Assembly: GCA_019057475.1 (NCBI GenBank)
Contig: DXJO01000004.1
Coordinates: 32,001 to 96,000, forward strand
Length of the DNA: 64,000 bases
Reading direction: 5' to 3'
Source: Candidatus Thorarchaeota archaeon
Lineage (GTDB): Archaea; Asgardarchaeota; Thorarchaeia; Thorarchaeales; Thorarchaeaceae
Position 1 is the first letter of the stretch, and the number at the start of each line of letters is the position of its first letter. The notes under the pieces were generated by a model. That model made no database searches, was not told where the DNA came from, and saw only the letters and a list, made by a program, of their open reading frames with translations. A program made the position numbers and the translations under genes. This document shows positions 29,140 to 37,374 of this stretch, in pieces.

Positions 29140-30363
29140 ATGAGACCTCTGAACAACACCTCTCTGCCAGTCTACGTCGCCTATGCCCTTCACTCACTTG
29201 GGTTGGCGATATCATGGCAGTTTGTCACGCATTTCATCAAGTGGGAGCTTGATGTGCCATCAGAGTTCCTTCTTACTGTGGCTCTCGCCCTTCCCGCACT
29301 TGTCACAATGCTTTCTGTTAATGTCTGGGGCGCGTTGTCAGACAGGATCAACAAAAGGCGGCCCTTCATGGTGCTTGGTTTCTTCAGCTATGCGACAACC
29401 TTCATGTTCACATCTTTTGTTTCTAGTTACGCGCAATACCTGATTGTGGTTTCTATTGGAGCTGCCTTCTCGTCGGCAGCATTGCCAATGGGACAAGCGT
29501 ATCTCACGGACAGGACATCAAAAAAGGGGGAAACTCTTGGCTACTTCTTGATGGCCCAGTCCGCAGGCTGGTTCTTTGGAGCCCTATTCAGTGGGCTTAT
29601 TTACACTCCGGAAATGATGTTCATCCTCTACAGGGTAGCCGCTCTACTTAGTGGCGGAGCTGCAATTAGTAGCATCTTCTTTGTCAAGGAGCAGCCTTTG
29701 GAACGCCTGAAAGATGAATCTCATACAGGATTCTTAGCCCTGCTGAAACGCCGCGGCATGATTATTTTGGTTATAGCAGCTGCAGTCAGCGCCCTTGGAA
29801 TGCACTCAATCGCTGGACTCATGGCAATTATGATCACGGATGAGCTTGGAGGCCCGTTCGCATACGTGGGATATGCCAATGCTGCAGCAACCCTGATAGC
29901 GGTCCTGATTACGGGCTACGTTGGAAAAATCGTTGACAAACGCGGCCCAGTACAGGTGCTTGTGGTTGCCTATTTCTCCTACATACTGTTCGCAATTGGT
30001 TTCGCTATGGCAACAAGTCCGGAAATTGCTTTAATTCTGTGGGCACTGCCAATCTATCCATTGTCTTCAACCGCCGCATTTGCCTTGGGAGCGCGGATTT
30101 CCGGAGAGCGTGAGCGTGGTCGCGCGATGTCGCTGGTAAATGGTGCGCAGAATCTCGGCATGGTGCTTGGCCCTCTCATCGGGGGATTCTTTGCCGAACT
30201 GATGAATCGGGTTCAACCGGTTTCGTGGGCCAACGTGGCTTTCAATTTTCTCGCTCTCTTCTTGGCACTAGGCCTAGTGCGTCGATTAGGGTGGAGAACT
30301 GAAAGAATCAGCCAGACTGACCAACACTTTGAAATAACGGAGCAGCCTCCTGCAAGCATATGA
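29140..30363 (+). CDS. MFS transporter
   Basis: GALSDRINKRRP and GKIVDKRG motif A; 12 TM pattern. Confidence 0.93.
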   Translation: MRPLNNTSLPVYVAYALHSLGLAISWQFVTHFIKWELDVPSEFLLTVALALPALVTMLSVNVWGALSDRINKRRPFMVLGFFSYATTFMFTSFVSSYAQYLIVVSIGAAFSSAALPMGQAYLTDRTSKKGETLGYFLMAQSAGWFFGALFSGLIYTPEMMFILYRVAALLSGGAAISSIFFVKEQPLERLKDESHTGFLALLKRRGMIILVIAAAVSALGMHSIAGLMAIMITDELGGPFAYVGYANAAATLIAVLITGYVGKIVDKRGPVQVLVVAYFSYILFAIGFAMATSPEIALILWALPIYPLSSTAAFALGARISGERERGRAMSLVNGAQNLGMVLGPLIGGFFAELMNRVQPVSWANVAFNFLALFLALGLVRRLGWRTERISQTDQHFEITEQPPASI

Positions 30364-31196
30364 CTGGTGATTGCACAATCGGAGCCAAGATTGTTGGTGA
30401 CAGATACCTCCTTTTCAAGAATCGAGACCTTGTCTATGAAGATTACAAAGACCAATGCATCTTTGAGGATGACATCTTCGCGGTGATTGGCATTAAGATT
30501 GGTGCGGGTATTGACATGGGCGCGTCTATTGGTGTCAACCGATGGGGTCTTGCTGCCTGCAACTCAACCGTTCTAATTAATTCTGAAGAAGCGTATGACG
30601 TTCTCATGGAGCGCTTGCTACGAAGAGCCAAGACCCTCGATGAGGCCTATGACATCGTGGTGAAATCCCTCGACAGTGGGGAAAGATATCAGTGGGGGAA
30701 TTTTGTAATTGCGACGCCCGATGAGGTTGGAGCAATTGAAATCGGCGATGGCGTGTATGAAATCGAGCGTGGCTCAGATTCGATTGCTCGTACGAATCAT
30801 CATCTCGTCCTCTCAACAAGGGACGCCCTGCTCAGAGCATCGCCTGAGGAGCGCGAAGCTGGAGGGCCTCTCAGCGCGAGTCAGAACAGAAGGCAGATTG
30901 CAGCAAGGATGCTTGAATCCGCAAGGTCCACCCAAGATATAATCGAGATACTCAGTACACACGCCAAGGGAAAGGGCTATGATTCGATATGTCGGCACAG
31001 AACTGGCGTGCGGGGTGAAGACCCGTGGTTGGGTGAAACCTCCTATAGCTATATCATTGAGGTCGAAACGAAGCCGCTTGACTTCCGCATTCATGTTGCA
31101 CCTGGGAACCCTTGCAGTACTACGTACCACGAGGTGCAACTAGACTTCAAAACTTCCAGTGAAGCAAAAGGACAACTAATTCGCGATTTTCCATGA
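30360..31196 (+). CDS. Ntn-hydrolase (C45/choloylglycine hydrolase-like)
   Basis: N-terminal DCT nucleophile, KNRD, GVNRWGLA, ARTNH. Confidence 0.8.
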   Translation: MTGDCTIGAKIVGDRYLLFKNRDLVYEDYKDQCIFEDDIFAVIGIKIGAGIDMGASIGVNRWGLAACNSTVLINSEEAYDVLMERLLRRAKTLDEAYDIVVKSLDSGERYQWGNFVIATPDEVGAIEIGDGVYEIERGSDSIARTNHHLVLSTRDALLRASPEEREAGGPLSASQNRRQIAARMLESARSTQDIIEILSTHAKGKGYDSICRHRTGVRGEDPWLGETSYSYIIEVETKPLDFRIHVAPGNPCSTTYHEVQLDFKTSSEAKGQLIRDFP

Positions 31197-31220
31197 ACAC
31201 GTGGAACAGCTGGTGATCTG

Positions 31221-32120
31221 ATGGACCTCACACGACTTCAACAAGCACTGCAAGGAGTTGCCATAACGACAGCCACTCCTTTTTCTAAAGACCTCCGCTC
31301 AGTAGATCTAGATGCATTGACTGGAAACATGAAGTATCTATTGAGGGCGGACGGGAAGTTACTTGTTCCCTGTGGCAACACCGGAGAGTTCTACGCACTT
31401 ATGTTCGATGAATGGAAGCAGGTGTTGAGAACTACCCTTGATGTTGTTGCTGACAAGATGATAGTGACTGTGGGCATCGGTCACTCCATTGGCACTGCCC
31501 TCGAAATGATCCGGTACGCTGAGACTGAAGGGGCAGATGGAGTAATGGTGATGTACCCTCGGCATGTATTCAGCTCTGAGGAAGGCGTCCTGAACTACTA
31601 TCGAAGAATCATAGATGCGGCAAAGGAAGTTGGCGTAGTCCTGTACAAGAAGGGTCCGCTCTTGACGGATGAAGTCTTGAGTAAGTTACTAGAGAGCGGC
31701 AAAGTCGCAGGCGTGAAGTATGCTTACGGCCGAATAGTCAACTTCGCCAGGACGGTATACACACTTGGAGAAGATGTGATTTGGTCTTGCGGCGTCGCAG
31801 AGAGGTTCGCTCCATTCTATTGGCTCGCAGGCGCAAGAGGCCTCACGACTGGTCTTGGCAACTTTGCACCAAAGGTTTCACTTGGGATGTTCGATGCTCT
31901 GGTCAGGAGTGATTGGACTGAAGCAATGCGTATTCACAAGATGATAACTCCTCTTGAGGACTTGCGTGAGGGGCGAGGTAGTGCAAATAATGTTCCTGTG
32001 GTAAAGGCTGTGATGGACTCCTTGGGATTAGCTGGAGGAAACTGCCGACCTCCCATTCACAAGCTAACTGAGGCCGAAAGGCAGGCAGCGATTGATGCAG
32101 TTTCGGGATGGGGTCTCTAG
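31221..32120 (+). CDS. DapA/NanA-family class I aldolase/dehydratase
   Basis: ATPF, GNTGEF, VVLY, GVKYA (Schiff-base Lys), RPP. Confidence 0.9.
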   Translation: MDLTRLQQALQGVAITTATPFSKDLRSVDLDALTGNMKYLLRADGKLLVPCGNTGEFYALMFDEWKQVLRTTLDVVADKMIVTVGIGHSIGTALEMIRYAETEGADGVMVMYPRHVFSSEEGVLNYYRRIIDAAKEVGVVLYKKGPLLTDEVLSKLLESGKVAGVKYAYGRIVNFARTVYTLGEDVIWSCGVAERFAPFYWLAGARGLTTGLGNFAPKVSLGMFDALVRSDWTEAMRIHKMITPLEDLREGRGSANNVPVVKAVMDSLGLAGGNCRPPIHKLTEAERQAAIDAVSGWGL

Positions 32121-32129
32121 ACCAAGCAC

Positions 32130-33320
32130 TTACTCCAGAAGTATCTTCTTGCCATTGATGAAGACCTGCAAAACTTCACTGTAGAAGTCGAATGGGTCAC
32201 CAGACCAAATCACTAAATCTGCATCTTTGCCCGGTTCAAGAGAGCCCACTCGGTCTTCAATCGCAAGGATCTCAGCAGGATTCAGAGTGACACACTTCAA
32301 GGCGTCTTCACGGCTCATGCCATGCTTAATCGCATACATTGGCAGGAGGGGGAAATAGTTCATTGGCGTGAGCGAGTCTGTCTGAAGCGCTACCTTCACA
32401 CCAGCCTTGTTGAGAATGACTGCTGTCTTGAAGCCACGCTCTTTTACTTCCGGTTTGGTGACCCAGAGCATGGTAGGCCCAATAACTGCTGGGACTCCCT
32501 TCCTGGCTATGTACTTGGCAATCTTGTGGCCTTCTGTGCAGTGGATGATAACGAGCCTTAGGTTGAACTCTTCTGCGATTCTAATGATGGTAGCTATGTC
32601 ATCAGCCCGATGAGAATGTGCATGAAGTGGTATCTGTCTCTTGAGAACCTTGGCGATGGTTTCTAGACCCAAGTCTCTCTTGGGCGGCTTAGGTATCGCT
32701 TCACCTTTCTCCTTCGCCTCTCTGGCTTTCGCACCGAAGGCTTTCCACTCGTCCAAGTAATTCTGACCATTTGTGAGTGTCTTTCTCAGAAGTGCGGCAA
32801 CACCCATCCGAGTCGAAGGCATTCTCTTGTTGTCTACTCCATGTACTCTTTTTGGGTTCTCTCCAAGTGCGATCTTGAGCGCAGATGGAGACATCACAAT
32901 CATCTCATCAACGACATTGCCGCCCATTGGCTTGATAACAAAAGCCTCACCAGATACCACGTTCCCTGACCCGGGACCGGTATTGATGCAGGTCACGCCT
33001 CCTCTTGTTATCTCCTTGAGTGACGCTTCGAACGGGTTGAAGCCGTCCATACCGCGCATCTCAGGAGTGATTGGAGTTGTCATCTCATTCCCGTCCATTC
33101 CAGCCCACCCAATCGAACCGTCGAACAATCCGTGGTGACAATGCGCGTCAATGAAGCCTGGCAATACATACTGTCCCTTGGCATTAATCTTCTTGGCCTT
33201 GGTGGGTATAGTTATCGATTTGCCAACCTTGACGATTTTGCCCTTGTCAAACAGAACAATGCCATTCTTTATCACGCCCTGTACGGGGCACATTATCGTT
33301 GCATTTGTAATCGCAATCAT
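32130..33320 (-). CDS. amidohydrolase family protein
   Basis: PGFIDAHCH, KIALGENPK, HSHRADDI, HCTEG, GSLEPGKDAD. Confidence 0.92.
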   Translation of the reverse strand: MIAITNATIMCPVQGVIKNGIVLFDKGKIVKVGKSITIPTKAKKINAKGQYVLPGFIDAHCHHGLFDGSIGWAGMDGNEMTTPITPEMRGMDGFNPFEASLKEITRGGVTCINTGPGSGNVVSGEAFVIKPMGGNVVDEMIVMSPSALKIALGENPKRVHGVDNKRMPSTRMGVAALLRKTLTNGQNYLDEWKAFGAKAREAKEKGEAIPKPPKRDLGLETIAKVLKRQIPLHAHSHRADDIATIIRIAEEFNLRLVIIHCTEGHKIAKYIARKGVPAVIGPTMLWVTKPEVKERGFKTAVILNKAGVKVALQTDSLTPMNYFPLLPMYAIKHGMSREDALKCVTLNPAEILAIEDRVGSLEPGKDADLVIWSGDPFDFYSEVLQVFINGKKILLE

Positions 33321-33388
33321 GCTCGCTCATCCACTTGCAGGTACATCATGGTGTTGAGAAAAGTCTTCTCGTTTGTGAGGGGCATCTG

Positions 33389-34403
33389 CTACTTGCTTGG
33401 TGCGGCCTTCCAGTCAAGAATATGTGCCATCCAACCAGCAGTTCGTGCCATGGCAAACAGTGAGGTGTTGAGTTCTGCGGGTATGCCCAAAGTTGTGTAA
33501 ACAGCAGCATTGTAGAGATCCACGTTTGGATGCAGTGTCAACCCCTTTCGTTCACGCGCAAGCAATGGTCCCACGCTCGCCACTTCCTCCACGAGTTTGT
33601 AGAGTTGGTCATGCCTTGTTCCTAAGGCACGTCTCTTGAGGATGTTTCTTAGGATCACTGCTCTTGGATCAATTGTGCGATAAATCCTATGTCCGATCCC
33701 AAATATCCTCTGTCCTGAGTCCAGCCTCTTTGCCAGCTTGGCTCTAACCATGGTCGGATCAGCGATATCCTCTATCATCTTCATGGCTCTTAGGCCGGCT
33801 CCATGATGAAGAGGGTTTCCGTGAATTAACAATGCGGAACCTAGAGCTTCAGAGAGGGAAACCCCAGCTTTGACCCCACGTTCCAGCGCAGAGAGCGAGG
33901 GATTATCGGGGTCGTCCATGTGAAGAATGACCGTGGTTTCAAGGTCCTTAAGGTCTCGAGTCGATGGAAGTGATCCTGTTAGCGTCCAGATGAAGTTGGC
34001 CACATGGTTCAGATCCGTTCTTGGTTCGATGAGTTTGAGTTTCTCACACTCCCGCCAAGAGTTCGCAATCACAATGGGGGTGAGAGCAACCATTGTGAGC
34101 AGAGTTTCAAATTGATCTAGGCGAAGCTCCGTTCTAATCATATTAAGACTCTCACTCAGCCAAATCAGAGCAGACATGCAGTCGCCTTTTTGTACGGAAC
34201 CCAAACTTAGAGTTTCAATAGCTGATTCTCGCAGGCGTATTATCGAGGACACAAAATCATCATGCTGTTCCGCGGAAGGACGGCTGCTGTGAACCAACAG
34301 ATAGAGAATGGACTCGAAATCATAATCCAGAGCCAAGTCGGCTACATTTAGTCCCCTGAATAAGCTGTCCTTCCTCGGGGTCAATTCTACTTATGGGTTG
34401 CAA
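33389..34403 (-). CDS. divergent citrate/2-methylcitrate synthase-like protein; apparent frameshift near 5' end (~34360)
   Basis: GIGHRIY, DPRA, PNVDLY, FAMARTAGWMAH; an alternative frame upstream reads PISRIDPEEGQL. Confidence 0.8.
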
Positions 34404-34545
34404 GAAACTCTTCCAGTTCGACCCCGCCCAATCAAGCTGATAAGGCTAGCTATTATGGGTCACTTGCAAACTGATTCGGGGTGAACAGTTAAGTTATGTA
34501 GTGAAGCAATGAGCATCGATGCTTGAAGTGGAGGGATGAATACCT

Positions 34546-35583
34546 GTGGTACGACCCGGTCCAGGCTGTGCTGTTTGGGAGATCACACTGAAGTGCAATC
34601 TGAATTGCATGCATTGCGGCTCCGCAGCTGGAAAAGCACGAAGCGATGAGCTTACCACAGATGAAGCACTGCAACTATGTGATGACCTGAAAGGCATCGG
34701 TTGTCAGGGCGTCGCTATGATGGGTGGCGAGCCACTACTTAGAAAAGATTGGCCATCTATCGCAGAGCGAGTACGCGAAGTAGGCATGGACCTGTCGATT
34801 ATCACTAACGGGTACAAAATCACTGAGAGCAAATTTCAGCGAATCTTCGATGTCAACCCCGAGTTGGTTACAGTAAGTATTGATGGCGGGCACGCCGCTA
34901 TTCATGATACGATACGCGGAGTTCCGGGCTCCTTCAAACAGGTAGTAGCAACTCTTCGCCGACTCGTGAAATCTGGCTTGCCAACTGGTGTCATCACCAC
35001 TGTCCACAAGATGAACCTAGGCGAGCTTCCCACTATCCGAAAATTCTTGCTGGGCACGGGCGTAGCGTGGCAGATACAGATGGCCACGCCCTACGGGCGT
35101 CTTACATATGATCATGTTCTCTCAAAGGAAGAATACTATTCACTGGCTCTATTCATTGCTGCCACCCGGAAGAGGTACTCCAAGAAGGAGCTCATGATTG
35201 CAGGTGCACATGACATGGGCTACTTCTCACGGGTTCTCCCCCCCTTGCAAGTGTATCCGTGGCAAGGCTGTCAAGCTGGCATCTCAACACTTGGGATTGA
35301 GAGCAATGGAAACATCCTTGGGTGTCTTGCATTGCCTCCGGAGTACGTGGAGGGCAACATTCGCGAACGGCCTCTGAAAGAGATCTGGAACGATGACGCT
35401 TTTTCCTCGTACACTCGCAGAGTTCGGCGGACTGACTTGGGCAGCGAGTGCGCCAGCTGTACATACAGTAAGATATGCAAGGGTGGCTGTTCTGCCGTTT
35501 CTCATTCGATGGCAGGTGGACTTCATCGAGATCCATATTGCCTTCGTCTTATTGAAGAGGGACTCAAGAAAAGCAACAGTTGA
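34546..35583 (+). CDS. radical SAM/SPASM peptide maturase, PlpX (splicease)-like
   Basis: VWEITLKCNLNCMHCGS, GGEP, AWQIQMATPYGR, WQGCQAGISTLGIESNGNILGC, CASC...CKGGC...DPYC. Confidence 0.9.
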   Translation: MVRPGPGCAVWEITLKCNLNCMHCGSAAGKARSDELTTDEALQLCDDLKGIGCQGVAMMGGEPLLRKDWPSIAERVREVGMDLSIITNGYKITESKFQRIFDVNPELVTVSIDGGHAAIHDTIRGVPGSFKQVVATLRRLVKSGLPTGVITTVHKMNLGELPTIRKFLLGTGVAWQIQMATPYGRLTYDHVLSKEEYYSLALFIAATRKRYSKKELMIAGAHDMGYFSRVLPPLQVYPWQGCQAGISTLGIESNGNILGCLALPPEYVEGNIRERPLKEIWNDDAFSSYTRRVRRTDLGSECASCTYSKICKGGCSAVSHSMAGGLHRDPYCLRLIEEGLKKSNS

Positions 35584-35627
35584 CATCTTGGGAAAAACAT
35601 TTCTTCTAAGGACTACTCTATTACATC

Positions 35628-35993
35628 ATGTCATTGATGGATATGATTCCAGTTGGGATTGAACTACTCCGACTTAGTGGGCGAGACGGCGTGTACGCTA
35701 TTCTATCACGGGTGTTCAAAGCTCAACCGACACCTCTGGCATATAGAAGAAGAATCAGGCCGCTCGGCGCTAGCGTAGGATTGTCAGAGGCTGAGGTTGA
35801 CGAGGTTATTAGCGGGAGTTCTAATGTTACGGTCCTTCCATCTTGGTTGAAGTGGGGTCTTGTTGCTTTCATAGTCGTTGTGTTGATTCTTAGTGCCATC
35901 GCGGTGACCGGGTCGTACGTGCCCTGGTATACGAATCCGACCTACGTTCCAGGTACCGACTATGCAAGCATCAGGCCTAAGGATTTCTTGTAG
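35628..35993 (+). CDS. single-TM candidate precursor 1 (tail TYVPGTDYASIRPKDFL)
   Basis: Paralogue of the next three ORFs: LGAxxGLxxxE motif, TM helix, conserved tail. Confidence 0.85.
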   Translation: MSLMDMIPVGIELLRLSGRDGVYAILSRVFKAQPTPLAYRRRIRPLGASVGLSEAEVDEVISGSSNVTVLPSWLKWGLVAFIVVVLILSAIAVTGSYVPWYTNPTYVPGTDYASIRPKDFL

Positions 35994-36452
35994 GAATGGC
36001 CTATTGAGTTCGTGCATATACCTAAAGATCAAGTGGCATTACGCTATTCAATGAATTATCTCATCCCTTTGCGTTGCGTAAGTTTCTTATTGGAGTTAGT
36101 CTAATGTTCATACATGCTTCTAGATAAACCTCCCACCGTCGGACTTGACATCCTCCGTACCCGGGGCGGAGAGCGTCTTTACCGATTGATTCTTCGAATT
36201 GCGGGGATTCCAACAGTCAGGGCAATGCCCTCGAAGGAATTAGTGCGTCTTGGAGCCAAGGTCGGGCTTGAAGCGTCGGAGGTTGAACAGGTTGCAGAGA
36301 GCAGACCTGATGTAAATGTGCTTCCCGATTGGTTGAAGGCAATTCTAGCCCTCATTGTGATTGTTGGCTCGTACTATCTGGGGCGAAGAATGACCTATCT
36401 CCCCGGGACGTTGTATGGAGCCATAGGTCCACGGGACTTCTTGTAGGAATGG
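35985..36452 (+). repeat. direct repeat TTCTTGTAGGAATGG spanning the stops of precursors 1 and 2
   Basis: Exact 15-mer at 35985-35999 and 36438-36452. Confidence 0.8.
36114..36446 (+). CDS. single-TM candidate precursor 2 (tail TYLPGTLYGAIGPRDFL)
   Basis: Same architecture; LYG motif. Confidence 0.85.
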   Translation: MLLDKPPTVGLDILRTRGGERLYRLILRIAGIPTVRAMPSKELVRLGAKVGLEASEVEQVAESRPDVNVLPDWLKAILALIVIVGSYYLGRRMTYLPGTLYGAIGPRDFL

Positions 36453-36539
36453 TCCAGAGGGTTCATCTGAATAACTTGGAAACTGGCTTGCATTACGCGT
36501 ATCAATAGCTTTTATGCTTCGGAGCCCTACCGTCTTCTC

Positions 36540-36923
36540 ATGACTTGGAGGGAATCCATTCTCTATGAACTGAACGCAACTCGCTTTCGACGGCTAGGCG
36601 GGCTTGGAGGGCTCAAAGATTGGGTGTGCGGTTTCTTAGCAACTTCAGTTCTTGATACAGAGAAAGCCGAGCAGTTAGGCGCTCAAGCTGGTCTGACTTC
36701 CGACGAGGTTGGAGCTGTTATGGACGCTCGAATGAGCAGAAAAGAGAGCATCCTGTTCAAGCTGACGGTAGTAGTTTTTACGCTCATAATTGTGGGAGCA
36801 GTTATTATGGCAGACCCATTAGGTGTTTTTGGCCAATACCCCGCCACCAACACCACGTACGTGCCGGGTACGCGCTATGGCAGCATCAGCCCGAAGGACT
36901 TCCAGTGGGGATTCGCACATTAA
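36540..36923 (+). CDS. single-TM candidate precursor 3 (tail TYVPGTRYGSISPKDFQWGFAH)
   Basis: Same architecture; RYG motif. Confidence 0.85.
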   Translation: MTWRESILYELNATRFRRLGGLGGLKDWVCGFLATSVLDTEKAEQLGAQAGLTSDEVGAVMDARMSRKESILFKLTVVVFTLIIVGAVIMADPLGVFGQYPATNTTYVPGTRYGSISPKDFQWGFAH

Positions 36924-37000
36924 CACTTGTCGATTATTCAGGGCCAGTCGCTCTACGCCAACCGATAATCTTAACGGCTTTGACCCCATACTATACAACT

Positions 37001-37369
37001 ATGAATTGGATGGAACTCTGTCTGTATCAACTGGATGTGGTTTCTATCCGAGGGAGCCGCCGCTTCCTTGGGCCTATGGAATGGCTTCGCAGTTTCTTGA
37101 CAAAACCAGTCCTTGGGTCAGAGAAGATCGAGCTGCTCGGTGCTCAAGCAGGTCTCGAACCCAATGAGGCTCGAGACGCAGTAAGCATGCCCGCAAGCAA
37201 GGGTGAGAGCATAGTGTTCAAGCTGGTTGTGGGGATTGTGCTTTTCTCAATCTTGATTTCGATTGTGATTATGAGCCCAATAGGCGCCTACATCAATCAG
37301 GAGCTCTTCAACACAACTTACCTGCCAGGGACACTCTATGGAAGCATCAGTCCGAAAGACTTCAGGTAA
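37001..37369 (+). CDS. single-TM candidate precursor 4 (tail TYLPGTLYGSISPKDFR)
   Basis: Start moved to ATG 37001 because MNWMELCLYQL aligns with MTWRESILYEL of copy 3; LYG motif. Confidence 0.85.
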   Translation: MNWMELCLYQLDVVSIRGSRRFLGPMEWLRSFLTKPVLGSEKIELLGAQAGLEPNEARDAVSMPASKGESIVFKLVVGIVLFSILISIVIMSPIGAYINQELFNTTYLPGTLYGSISPKDFR

Positions 37370-37374
37370 GCACG

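Noticed and set aside
34519-34545. Short in-frame ATG...TGA upstream of the radical SAM gene (possible selenocysteine extension)
   Set aside because: The TGA is part of the GGAGGGATGA ribosome-binding region, is not at a Cys-homologous position, and no SECIS was recognised
36905-37000. Longer N-terminus for precursor 4 in the ORF track
   Set aside because: It overlaps copy 3; paralogue alignment supports ATG 37001
35628-37369. CRISPR-like array or DGR variable repeats
   Set aside because: The repeats are protein-coding paralogue tails with no regular spacers, and no cas or reverse transcriptase gene is present
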